From the NCBI RefSeq assembly GCF_000146505.1, contig NC_017448.1, forward strand, positions 840,001-872,000: a DNA stretch of 32,000 nt. Direction: 5' to 3'. Source of the stretch: Fibrobacter succinogenes subsp. succinogenes S85 (lineage in GTDB: Bacteria; Fibrobacterota; Fibrobacteria; Fibrobacterales; Fibrobacteraceae). The notes under the pieces were generated by a model. The model was given only the letters and a program-made list of their open reading frames with translations, was not told the DNA's origin and did no database searches. Of this stretch, positions 1 to 8,268 are shown one piece after another (the first letter of the stretch is position 1; each line of letters starts with the position of its first letter). Made by a program: the position numbers and the translations under genes.

Positions 1-1051
1 TTGCATCATACTTTTGTTTGTAGCGCTCCGTTATCACGGGCGTGCCATCTTCGCAAGTCTTGGTCTTGGCGATGTAGCCACGGAACCAATTTTTGGAATC
101 TATTTTATAATAATAATCATCCCACAAAAGATCCGGTGAATACGGCGCAATGGCAATGGCAACCTCTTCATCTGAATCATATAAATAAACATAGAGTTCA
201 TGTGGAGTCGAATTCTTCAATGTTTTCTGTTCTCGATCCAAAAGACTTTCCAAATATGTCCGCTCCGTTTCTGACAAAACATCGTCTTTGAGTTTTTGTT
301 CAATTATTTCATACAGCTCTTTTTGGACATCTGCTAGGATGCCCGTAAATGGAAGAAAATCCTCTTGAGGACAATTACGAATCATTTCTTCTGATGAACT
401 GGAGCTTTGAGCCCCAGAACTAGAACTTATCCCATGCGCTTCATCATATTCAGCAACATTTGTATAAACTAGATTATCTTCTAACCGATATTCTCTATAA
501 GTACTATCATTGGTACACTCATAAGCGGTTTCAAAAAGAATCGGATTTGGACAAGGATTAAAAGGAACTCCATAGAGCAAACCTGAAGCGTACTCCATAG
601 CCCTACATGATTCAAGTCCAAATTCGGCCCGCTCCAATTCATTTTTAGAAATAATTCCATTGGTTTCCAAATCGCGTTTAGCCGCATCACAACTTTCGTA
701 ACAATAGCGATACGCTGGGTAAAGCGTTTGCTTGCAGCCAACAGATGGATCTCTAGCTAATACATAACCAGCAGAACTCGAACTGCTGTTAGCGCCAGAC
801 GAACTTTCAACGCCCGACGAACTCGATGCGGATTCAGAAGAAGAACTTTGCGGTGGCGTATCGGAAGAGCTTGATTCAGGCGCTACTGCAGAACTTGATA
901 ATTCGCTAGAGCTACTTTCATTTGCATCAGACGATGAATCAGGATTTGCTGATGGCGACATCGGAAATTGCGGATTTGAATCCGAACAACTCGCCCAGAA
1001 AAGCGAAGCAACAGTCAAACTAAACAAGCGAATAAATTTATGGATAGTCAT
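1..1051 (-). CDS. Lipoprotein with Ser-rich linker, paralog A1 of 1980..3053; 3' end cut by window edge
   Basis: Not in the ORF track because there is no stop inside the window. Hand translation of the minus strand from the ATG at 1051..1049 stays open down to position 2. It reads MTIHKFIRLFSLTVASLFWASCSDSNPQFPMSPSANPDSSSDANESSSSELSS...RGYIAKTKTCEDGTPVITERYKQKYDA. Signal peptide plus Cys, Ser-rich linker and C-terminal motifs parallel ORF 1980..3086. Confidence 0.6.
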   Translation of the reverse strand, partial: MTIHKFIRLFSLTVASLFWASCSDSNPQFPMSPSANPDSSSDANESSSSELSSSAVAPESSSSDTPPQSSSSESASSSSGVESSSGANSSSSSAGYVLARDPSVGCKQTLYPAYRYCYESCDAAKRDLETNGIISKNELERAEFGLESCRAMEYASGLLYGVPFNPCPNPILFETAYECTNDSTYREYRLEDNLVYTNVAEYDEAHGISSSSGAQSSSSSEEMIRNCPQEDFLPFTGILADVQKELYEIIEQKLKDDVLSETERTYLESLLDREQKTLKNSTPHELYVYLYDSDEEVAIAIAPYSPDLLWDDYYYKIDSKNWFRGYIAKTKTCEDGTPVITERYKQKYDA

Positions 1052-1164
1052 AGCAAATTCTTCTTTAAATCCTCGCAAAATCAATGGCGATAAATTCGGT
1101 CACCCTCAACGCGAACGCCTTTTGCCGTAAGACCACTTGCAGATTGTCCGTTGACTAAATACGG
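873..1164 (-). repeat. High-identity junction block, copy 1 (B1 3' end + spacer + A1 5' end)
   Basis: Aligns colinearly with 2875..3166 at a constant offset of 2002 bp. Perfect runs of about 58, 49 and 55 bp seen by eye; flanking coding sequence is much more diverged. Confidence 0.85.
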
Positions 1165-1875
1165 TTTTGCAACTGGCTTAACTTTATTCCTATTACGAAC
1201 TGGTTTTACAATAGGTGAAGGCGGCAAAACACCTTTTCCAACAGGCAATTCGCCGCTATATGACGGAATTTTGCTAAACGTGGGCGTACCGTCATCTTGG
1301 AAAATACATTGGTGAACATAATAAGCCGGGAATCCTTGCTTTGTCACCCTATAATTCCAATCATACACCGTATCGTACACAGTTATATATTGGCACAACG
1401 CGTAATACGAAGAGTCCTTTTTATACACAAAATAATTCGTATCATTCGCCGTACTATTTTTTAATGAGTGCTTATATGATTCCGTCAAGGAATGCCAACT
1501 ACCGTCCCGTTCCTCATAAAAAGCCAAAGAATCATTCAAATCGAGAGTAGTCCCTTCTTTTAAAGCATCCTTTGAATTGACACTCCAAAAATTTTGGTCA
1601 TATTCAAAAAAGGCGACGTTTTTCATTGTAAAATTACAAGCCCCATATAAAATGCCACAAACGCAAGCAGCATCCCACAGCCAAACACTATAGCCTTTGC
1701 CATTTTCAAAAACAACGCTGTCTTTAGAAAATCCCCAAACAGGATTATCAATATAATCCGAGGAACTCAAATTCACTATAAAAGACTGTTCCCATTCTTT
1801 TGCTTGAGCCGTACCAAGTCCCATCACAAAAGCAACAGCCAGTCCAGACAAGAATAAACTTTTTATGTTTTTCAT
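1081..1875 (-). CDS. Secreted hypothetical protein, paralog B1 of 3083..3865
   Basis: ORF 1081..1899, trimmed to the third Met (MKNIKSLFLSGLAVAFVMGLGTAQA) with AGGAG about 9 nt upstream. N-terminal signal peptide. Shares NDTNYFVYKKDSSYYALCQY, QCIFQDDGTPTFSKIP and an identical 28-aa C-terminus with B2. No family recognised. Confidence 0.7.
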   Translation of the reverse strand: MKNIKSLFLSGLAVAFVMGLGTAQAKEWEQSFIVNLSSSDYIDNPVWGFSKDSVVFENGKGYSVWLWDAACVCGILYGACNFTMKNVAFFEYDQNFWSVNSKDALKEGTTLDLNDSLAFYEERDGSWHSLTESYKHSLKNSTANDTNYFVYKKDSSYYALCQYITVYDTVYDWNYRVTKQGFPAYYVHQCIFQDDGTPTFSKIPSYSGELPVGKGVLPPSPIVKPVRNRNKVKPVAKPYLVNGQSASGLTAKGVRVEGDRIYRH

Positions 1876-1979
1876 TCCCATTCTCTCCTTTTTTAACAAT
1901 ATACAATTTGCTCAAATAAATTCATACGCAAGATGTTTTTATTTTACAAATTGAATTTCCAGGAACATGAAACAAAATT

Positions 1980-3053
1980 TTATTCAGCCTTTTTTAATTC
2001 TTTCTCAATAAGTTCAAGGCATTCCGCAAGAATCGCATCGTATTTTTCCTGATAGATTTCAGTAGTTGCAGGAGCGCCGTCCGCACAAGTTTTTGTTTTG
2101 GCGATATAGCCATCAAACCAGTAACCAGAATACATTCTCAACCGAGAATCATTCCCTTCCCCACTATCTTCAGTATAGGGAGCTAAGCGTCCTTTCAACG
2201 TTTTGTTTTCACGATCCAAAAGACTCCCTAAATATTTTTGTTCGGCTTCGGGTCTTGCAATATCTTGTATGAACTTTTCAGAAACAATCTCATACAATTT
2301 TTTCTGCACATCAGCAAGGACATCCGTAAATAAGGCAAAATCTCCCTGCGGGCAATTTTTTACAATAACATCTGGCGCGACGCCATGAGCCTCATCATAT
2401 TCTTTTTGGCTCGTATAGAATTTTTTCCCATCTAATTTAACATCGCTATAAGAGCTGTCATTAGAACATTTCATGTCCACAAACATACGCATTGGGCAGC
2501 CCCCATAAGAGATGCCATAAAGCGGTTCTTCCCGAAACAAGTCCTTAACAGCACCGCAAGACTGGAGAGCACTTTCCCATCTTGAGATAATTTTTTCGGA
2601 CAACGTTGTATCCGAACCCAAATACTTTTTATAATCATCACAAGAAATATCTTTTGTACTACTGCAAGCCGTCATTCCCATATAAGAATTAGCATAACAA
2701 GTCACAGAGGGATCTCTAGCCAAAACATAGCTCGCAGCACTAGATGAGCTTCTAGCTATTGAAGAACTACTCAAAGAAGGCGTTTCGCTAGATGAGCTCA
2801 TCTCAGACACTGTAGACGAGGAACTAGGAGGTGGCGGAGCATCCGAACTTGATTCAGAAACAATCGCAGAACTCGATTCAGGCGCTACCGCAGAACTTGA
2901 TAATTCGCTAGAGCTACTTTCATTTGCATCAGACGATGAATCAGGATTCGTCAAGGACTGTGCCGGAAATTGAGGATTCGAATCCGAGCAACTTGCCCAA
3001 AAAAACGATGCGACAGTCAAGCTAAATAGGCGGAAAAACTTATGGATAGTCAT
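1980..3053 (-). CDS. Lipoprotein with Ser-rich linker, paralog A2
   Basis: ORF 1980..3086 begins at a TTG; the ATG at 3053 gives MTIHKFFRLFSLTVASFFWASC (signal peptide plus lipobox-like Cys). An ~90-aa Ser-rich low-complexity linker is followed by a Cys-containing globular region. No family recognised. Confidence 0.7.
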   Translation of the reverse strand: MTIHKFFRLFSLTVASFFWASCSDSNPQFPAQSLTNPDSSSDANESSSSELSSSAVAPESSSAIVSESSSDAPPPPSSSSTVSEMSSSSETPSLSSSSIARSSSSAASYVLARDPSVTCYANSYMGMTACSSTKDISCDDYKKYLGSDTTLSEKIISRWESALQSCGAVKDLFREEPLYGISYGGCPMRMFVDMKCSNDSSYSDVKLDGKKFYTSQKEYDEAHGVAPDVIVKNCPQGDFALFTDVLADVQKKLYEIVSEKFIQDIARPEAEQKYLGSLLDRENKTLKGRLAPYTEDSGEGNDSRLRMYSGYWFDGYIAKTKTCADGAPATTEIYQEKYDAILAECLELIEKELKKAE

Positions 3054-3166
3054 AGCAAATTCTTCTTTAAATCCTCGCAAAATCAATGACGATAGATTCG
3101 GTCGCCTTCAACGCGAACGCCTTTTGCCGTAAGACCACTTGCAGATTGTCCGTTGACTAAATAAGG
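2875..3166 (-). repeat. High-identity junction block, copy 2 (B2 3' end + spacer + A2 5' end)
   Basis: See 873..1164. Confidence 0.85.
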
Positions 3167-3865
3167 CTTGCGGGGTGCATTAACACGAGTCGGCTTACGA
3201 ACCGGATTTGCAAAACCCGTAGGACCTTCAATCTTACGCGCTTCAGGCAACACTCCGCTAAATGCAGGAATCTTGCTAAACGTAGGCGTTCCATCGTCCT
3301 GGAAAATACACTGATGCGCAAAAAATCCAGGAATATAATCTGTTTCACCCCACCTATAGACCACAGTATCGTAAACCGTTACATACTGGCACAAAGCATA
3401 GTACGAAGAATCTTTTTTATATACAAAATAATTTGTGTCGTTTTCAGCATCTAGCTTGTTGGAATAAACGTATGTTTCTAACAATATATTACGAGATTCA
3501 TCTTTAAAGGCTGATGAATCATTCAGATTAAGTGCATTTCCCGCTTTCAGCGCATCCTTTGAAACGACACTCCAAAAATTTTGTTCATAATCATAAAAAC
3601 CATAATGGTCAAGGTACGCGTAGCAATTTCCATGATCTAGATCTATTCCACAAACGCAAGTCATGTTTACATTCCAAGTAGAATAGCCCTTACCAGGCTT
3701 ATTTTCAATGCTATCTTTGGAAAATCCCCATTTGGAACTCTGCCAAGAATCACTGTTAAGGTCAGCTACGTAGGACTGTACCCATTCCTTAGCCTGAGAA
3801 ATACCAAGCCCAAACAAAAGAGCCAAAGCAAAGCTCGACTTTAAAATATTTTTTTGGTTATCCAT
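3083..3865 (-). CDS. Secreted hypothetical protein, paralog B2
   Basis: 260-aa ORF with signal peptide MDNQKNILKSSFALALLFGLGISQA. Clear paralogy to 1081..1875, including the identical tail KPYLVNGQSASGLTAKGVRVEGDRIYRH. Confidence 0.7.
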   Translation of the reverse strand: MDNQKNILKSSFALALLFGLGISQAKEWVQSYVADLNSDSWQSSKWGFSKDSIENKPGKGYSTWNVNMTCVCGIDLDHGNCYAYLDHYGFYDYEQNFWSVVSKDALKAGNALNLNDSSAFKDESRNILLETYVYSNKLDAENDTNYFVYKKDSSYYALCQYVTVYDTVVYRWGETDYIPGFFAHQCIFQDDGTPTFSKIPAFSGVLPEARKIEGPTGFANPVRKPTRVNAPRKPYLVNGQSASGLTAKGVRVEGDRIYRH

Positions 3866-3934
3866 ACCAACTCCTTCTTCTTAACAACAATATATAATTT
3901 GTACCTTAACAACGTACAAGTTATTGATGTAAAT

Positions 3935-3964
3935 AAAAAAGAACTGTCACTTTCGCAACAGTTC
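3935..3964 (-). terminator. Rho-independent terminator of 4013..4774
   Basis: Minus strand reads GAACUGU-N10-ACAGUUC followed by UUUUUU. Confidence 0.55.
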
Positions 3965-3979
3965 ACTCTAAAAAAAACT

Positions 3980-4008
3980 GGATCCTTCGCCTTCGCTCAG
4001 GATGACGT
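3980..4008 (-). repeat. Hairpin repeat ending ATGACGT (FAQDD/SLRMT type)
   Basis: GGATCCTTCGCCTTCGCTCAGGATGACGT: ATCCT/AGGAT stem followed by GACGT. Lies between the stop of 4013..4774 and its terminator. Confidence 0.6.
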
Positions 4009-4012
4009 AAGG

Positions 4013-4774
4013 CTACTTACGGATTTGCACGGAGTGCTTGTTTACTGCAGGGCGACCGAGCAAGTCAAAGTATTGATACTTTTTGATGTTCGCCGCCGCC
4101 GGTCGGATTTTGCGGATTCCAATCGTTTCTTCTTGAGGATACAGCGGGATAAAGAACATTTCTGTCAAAGTAGACGAATCTTCCTCAGTAAGATGAATTG
4201 TTTGGCCCAGAGCCTCGTAAGTAATCTTCACATATTTTTCATCATCAGGGTTGCCGATATGACAGACATTTGGATCTTTTTTATCCAAAAGTACTTTTAT
4301 AAATTCTCCATTTTTGTACTCAACAAGAGTCTCTTCGTCTTTAAGATTTACATATCCATTAAGCGTGTCAACCTTCCCCGAATTAGATCTATAAAAAGCA
4401 TAAGGATGCATATCATCAGCGACCTTCATATATTTGACCATTCCGAAAAGTTCGCCATCGTTATTGATTACAAGCGTAATCATGCCATTCAAGGTATCCG
4501 CTTCCTGAGTATAATGGAAAACAGTTTTAACAGTATCTTTCGAATCCATCAAAACAAGGCTATCCGGAAGAGAATTTCCAGGCGTGTAATAGTATTTCTT
4601 GGACCAAGGCTTTGAATCCGCACCCTCTGCAGGCGCCCTGTAAAGGCTGTCAAGAACATAGTCTTCCGGGACATAATAATCCACCGGCTTGGTTTTGAAA
4701 TAAGCCTCAAGACAGTTGATGGCATTCGCGTAAATGGAAAGTGCGGCAAGAGAAAAGAGAATTTTTTTGAACAT
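4013..4774 (-). CDS. Secreted hypothetical protein
   Basis: 253-aa ORF with N-terminal signal peptide MFKKILFSLAALSIYANA. A stem-loop plus T-run lies downstream on the minus strand (3935..3964). No family recognised. The C-terminus YQYFDLLGRPAVNKHSVQIRK resembles the start of a sorting-type tail. Confidence 0.65.
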   Translation of the reverse strand: MFKKILFSLAALSIYANAINCLEAYFKTKPVDYYVPEDYVLDSLYRAPAEGADSKPWSKKYYYTPGNSLPDSLVLMDSKDTVKTVFHYTQEADTLNGMITLVINNDGELFGMVKYMKVADDMHPYAFYRSNSGKVDTLNGYVNLKDEETLVEYKNGEFIKVLLDKKDPNVCHIGNPDDEKYVKITYEALGQTIHLTEEDSSTLTEMFFIPLYPQEETIGIRKIRPAAANIKKYQYFDLLGRPAVNKHSVQIRK

Positions 4775-4822
4775 AAATGCCTTTGTAGTTAAAATATTAA
4801 ATAAAATATAATTATTTTACAA

Positions 4823-4860
4823 TAAAAAAAGAGAACCGTTGCCAAAGCAACAGTTCTCTT
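4823..4860 (-). terminator. Rho-independent terminator of the phosphohexomutase-hyp-yebC operon
   Basis: Minus strand reads AGAGAACUGUUGC-UUUG-GCAACGGUUCUCU (13 bp with one mismatch) followed by a run of 7 U (UUUUUUUAUU). Confidence 0.8.
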
Positions 4861-4870
4861 TTGAAATGGA

Positions 4871-4898
4871 GATTCCCGCTCGGTGGCGGGAATGACGT
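4871..4898 (-). repeat. Hairpin repeat ending ATGACGT (AGMT/RGND type)
   Basis: GATTCCCGC-TCGGTG-GCGGGAATGACGT: perfect 8-bp stem ATTCCCGC/GCGGGAAT. Lies between the yebC stop and its terminator. Confidence 0.7.
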
Positions 4899-4961
4899 GC
4901 AAGACAAGCCGCTCTTTCGTCTCTCGTCTGTAGCGAGCGACGCGAGCGTTCTCTCGTCTAA

Positions 4962-5705
4962 TTACTCGGCGTCCATGTCAGCTTCGTCGATTTCGGCGTT
5001 ATGGTAGACTTCCTGAACGTCGTCGTGGTCTTCGAACTTGTCGATGAGCTTGAGGAGCTTGACAGCGTCGTCGTGACCGAGCTTGACCGGGTCATTCGGA
5101 ACGTAGCTGAGTTCAGCGCTCATCATTTCGATACCAGCATTTTCGAGAGCCTTGGAAACGGCGTCGAAAGCTTCCGGAGAAGTGGAGATTTCATGAACGC
5201 CATCTTCGGTGCTCATGTCTTCTGCGCCAGCTTCGAGGACGAGGTCCATGACCTGGTCTTCCGGATACTTTTCAGCATCGACGATAATGACACCCTTGTA
5301 GGTGAATGCCCAAGAAACGGAACCGGATTCGCCCATGGAGCCGTTGTTCTTGTTGAAGATGTTACGGATTTCAGCAACCGTACGGACCTTGTTGTCGGTC
5401 ATGCACTGCACCATGATAGCGATGCCTGCCGGGCCGCGTCCTTCGTACAGCGGTTCCGTCATTTCGGTACCGGAGTTAGCACCCGTACCCTTGGCAATAG
5501 CACTTTCGATGTTCTTGGTCGGCAAGCTCTGGCTCTTGGACTTGAGGATTGCAGCACGGAGACGCGGGTTAGCGTCAGGGTTGCCGCCGCCGAGCTTAGC
5601 AGCGATGGAGATTTCCTTGATCAGCTTGTTCCAAGCCTTGGCACGAGCGACGTCGGTTTTGGCTTTCTTGCGTTTGGTGGTGGCCCATTTGGAGTGACCG
5701 GACAT
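4962..5705 (-). CDS. yebC: YebC/PmpR-family probable transcriptional regulator
   Basis: 247 aa starting MSGHSKWATTKRKKAKTDVARAK, with ...EGRGPAGIAIMV...TDN..RT. This is the hallmark N-terminus and length of the YebC/TACO1 family. Confidence 0.9.
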   Translation of the reverse strand: MSGHSKWATTKRKKAKTDVARAKAWNKLIKEISIAAKLGGGNPDANPRLRAAILKSKSQSLPTKNIESAIAKGTGANSGTEMTEPLYEGRGPAGIAIMVQCMTDNKVRTVAEIRNIFNKNNGSMGESGSVSWAFTYKGVIIVDAEKYPEDQVMDLVLEAGAEDMSTEDGVHEISTSPEAFDAVSKALENAGIEMMSAELSYVPNDPVKLGHDDAVKLLKLIDKFEDHDDVQEVYHNAEIDEADMDAE

Positions 5706-5744
5706 AATTTACCTCTACTTGAGTTTTGTAATAAAATTTAATAA

Positions 5745-6461
5745 CTATTTGCCATTCATCTTGCAGCGGCGTTTCTGCTTGGCAGTGAGCTTGCGACCCG
5801 TGCAATCAAGATCAACCTTCTTGGACTTGAGCTTGGTCTTTTCCGCTTTTTCACGAGCCCTGCGGTCTGCCTCTTCCTGAGCCTTGCGCTCGGCTTCGGC
5901 AGCCTTAGCCGCTTGGCGCTTCTGCTGCATATCGACAAGCTTAGTCTTGTCTATAGGAACAGCAGATGCCTTTGTAATTTCACGTTCGTACTTACCGCTC
6001 CAGATTCTACCGAGAAGCGAGCCAGACTGGAGAGCATCATCCAAAATGCTCTGGGCCCAGCTGTCGTTTGCAGGCGGCAAAAGCTTGAACGACAAGTTGC
6101 GAATTCTAGTCGGTTCTTCGTCGTAATAAAGCATCATGTCGAAGAAGCCCACGTTGTATTCTTCGCCATCGGAACCGGCAGCAATCTTGTCCGGGATGTA
6201 GGCAAGCACAGCGTAAAGCGCTCTATCGAAAAGAGCCGTTATAAGGACATCAGAATCTCCACCGGGAGCCTGGACTTCACCTTCCGCAAGGAAAGACCAC
6301 GGAGCCACATCGACTCGGAGCCTGAACTTGTGGAAACCCTTCTCAGCCTTTTTGAGCTTGATCAAGGCGCCAGAGAAAGCCTGGAATTCCGGCTTAATGG
6401 AGCCTTCCTGCGCGAACACCATGGCACACGCAAGGAAGATGACCGTTAGAAGTTTTTTCAT
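5745..6461 (-). CDS. Secreted hypothetical protein with Lys/Arg/Glu-rich C-terminal tail
   Basis: 238-aa ORF with signal peptide MKKLLTVIFLACAMVFAQE. It sits between the phosphohexomutase and yebC genes with 29- and 39-bp gaps, so an operon is likely. No family recognised. Confidence 0.65.
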   Translation of the reverse strand: MKKLLTVIFLACAMVFAQEGSIKPEFQAFSGALIKLKKAEKGFHKFRLRVDVAPWSFLAEGEVQAPGGDSDVLITALFDRALYAVLAYIPDKIAAGSDGEEYNVGFFDMMLYYDEEPTRIRNLSFKLLPPANDSWAQSILDDALQSGSLLGRIWSGKYEREITKASAVPIDKTKLVDMQQKRQAAKAAEAERKAQEEADRRAREKAEKTKLKSKKVDLDCTGRKLTAKQKRRCKMNGK

Positions 6462-6490
6462 TTCCCTAATCCGATTTGCTTAATTTGTCC

Positions 6491-8104
6491 TTAGTTCTTG
6501 AAGAACAAAGCCTTGGCAGCTTCGAACATAGGATCCTTTTCATCCGGATTACGGCATTCCGTATAAATACGGACCTTCGGTTCCGTACCGGACGGACGGA
6601 CGAGCATCCAGGAATCGTCGTCGAAGATGACCTTCACGCCGTCGAGCGTGAGGAGCTGCTTCACGGTCTTTTCATTGCTACCGACCATGACCTTTGCACC
6701 CGGCTTAGCGATATCGGCGATAGCGTTGACCTTAGCCTTGAGCGGTTCGCCAACGAGGGACTTGTCGACTTCAAAACCAGAACGGGTCGGGTAGAAGCGG
6801 CCATATTCTTCGTACAAAGCGTCGAGGTATTCGCCGAGGTTCTTGCCAGTCGTAGCGAGAATTTCGAGAGCGATGAGGAGGCCGAACTGAGCGTCCTTTT
6901 CAAGCGTGTTGTTGAGGCCGGAGATACCGTCAGATTCTTCGAATGCGACGAGAGCCTTCTGCTTGGCGTTGCGGGAAAGCCAGGGGCGGAAGTTCTTGAA
7001 GCCCACCGGAGTTTCCATCACGGGTACGCCGAGCTTTTCGGCGATGATGTTCACAAAGTTAGATGTAGCGACGGACTTAGCGACACAGCCCTGTTCCTTG
7101 CGCCAGGTAGCCATGTAGTGGAAAGCGATAGCACCGAACTGGTTCATATCGATTTCGCGAGTACCGTCGTAGAAACGGATACGGTCACCATCCGGGTCGA
7201 AGATGGCGCCCAGGCGGAACCAGGACTTGCTTTCGTCGAGAACCTTGCGGACCTTTTCGAGGTTCTTGCTGGACGGTTCCGGAGCGATACCGCCGAACAA
7301 AGAATCGTCTTCGTTGCGGAGCGTGATGAGGCATTCCGGATTGTCGAGGAGAGCTGCCGGACGGCGGCGGGTAGAACCGTGAACGTGGTCGCACACGAGC
7401 GTGAGGCGGCCCTTCTTGATGAATTCCTTAATGCGGTCAAACTTGATCGTGCCCTGCTTGACGAGGAATTCCTTGTAAATCTTGAGGGAGTCGATAATTT
7501 CCCAGTCAACCTTGGAGACCGGTTCGAACTTCCAGGTAGCCATCATTTCGTTAGAAAGCTTGGTGATGACGTTCGTGATTTCCGGACCTGCAGGACCGCC
7601 GTCTGCCGGATTGAACTTGATGCCGTTGTAGTGGCTCGGGTTGTGGCTCGGAGTCATGTTGATGGAGCAGGCAGCGCCGAGCATTTCGATTGCAGCGGAG
7701 AATTCCGGAGTCGGCATTTCGCCACCGTAGTAGACCTTCACGCCAGCCTTTGCAAACTGGTCTGCGACAACTTCGCAGAATTCGTGACCGAGCAAGCGGT
7801 TGTCATGGCCAACGACCACACCACGCTTCTGGAGTTCAGCAAAATCCTTGACACCCAGAGCAGCGAAGAGTTCCGGAGTTGCTTCCTTGTACAAACGCAC
7901 AATAGCAGCACCGACAACCTGCAAGTTGCGGAGCGTGAATTCAGAACCGATTTCACCGCGCCAGCCGGAGGTACCAAAGCTGACCTTAGCCGGTTCCTGG
8001 GAGGTCAATGCGACCTGCTTCACGGTTTCAACCAGGTTCATATCGGTAGCCGGGTTGAATTCGGGGGACTGAATCTTTTTCCAAATCTGGGTAATATTTT
8101 CCAT
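6491..8104 (-). CDS. Alpha-D-phosphohexomutase family enzyme (phosphoglucomutase-like)
   Basis: 537 aa. Contains the active-site Ser loop MTPSHNPSHYNGIKF, metal-binding loop FDPDGDRIRF, sugar loop AFEESDGISG and phosphate loop RPSGTEPKVRIY. Confidence 0.88.
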   Translation of the reverse strand: MENITQIWKKIQSPEFNPATDMNLVETVKQVALTSQEPAKVSFGTSGWRGEIGSEFTLRNLQVVGAAIVRLYKEATPELFAALGVKDFAELQKRGVVVGHDNRLLGHEFCEVVADQFAKAGVKVYYGGEMPTPEFSAAIEMLGAACSINMTPSHNPSHYNGIKFNPADGGPAGPEITNVITKLSNEMMATWKFEPVSKVDWEIIDSLKIYKEFLVKQGTIKFDRIKEFIKKGRLTLVCDHVHGSTRRRPAALLDNPECLITLRNEDDSLFGGIAPEPSSKNLEKVRKVLDESKSWFRLGAIFDPDGDRIRFYDGTREIDMNQFGAIAFHYMATWRKEQGCVAKSVATSNFVNIIAEKLGVPVMETPVGFKNFRPWLSRNAKQKALVAFEESDGISGLNNTLEKDAQFGLLIALEILATTGKNLGEYLDALYEEYGRFYPTRSGFEVDKSLVGEPLKAKVNAIADIAKPGAKVMVGSNEKTVKQLLTLDGVKVIFDDDSWMLVRPSGTEPKVRIYTECRNPDEKDPMFEAAKALFFKN

Positions 8105-8210
8105 AGCGGTTCCTTTGTAGTTTTAACGCGCAAAATTTAGTAAAATAGAACCCAGTACCTAGAAATCAGTGCTTAGAAGATATGCAAAATTACGGGGTTA
8201 CAAATCCTAT

Positions 8211-8237
8211 AAAAAAGACTCACATTCATGTGAGCCT
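8211..8237 (-). terminator. Candidate terminator of the Rpn-family gene
   Basis: Minus strand reads CUCACA-UGAA-UGUGAG followed by UCUUUUUU. The stem is short. Confidence 0.5.
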
Positions 8238-8268
8238 TGACTTTTACCTATTTCTTAAATTGCAACGA

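Noticed and set aside
2740-2960. Ser-rich linker DNA of the A paralogs as a possible tandem satellite or contingency repeat
   Set aside because: There is no regular nucleotide period. It is compositionally biased coding sequence (mixed TCx/AGC codons) that translates to a low-complexity linker.
3054-3086. N-terminal extension MILRGFKEEFA of lipoprotein A2 overlapping the stop of B2 (apparent translational coupling)
   Set aside because: The extension starts at a TTG. The downstream ATG at 3053 gives a canonical signal peptide, and the same ATG is conserved in paralog A1. The shorter model is preferred.
3854-4615. 253-aa plus-strand ORF (contains GSFAFAQDDV)
   Set aside because: It is antisense to the signal-peptide-bearing ORF 4013..4774 and is AT-rich with an Ile/Phe/Lys-rich product. 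It runs through a terminator hairpin and the FAQDD-type hairpin repeat, which is a known kind of annotation artefact.
6476-8140. 554-aa plus-strand ORF
   Set aside because: A codon-aligned mirror of the phosphohexomutase gene. It has no motifs, and the codon-bias explanation given for gyrA applies.
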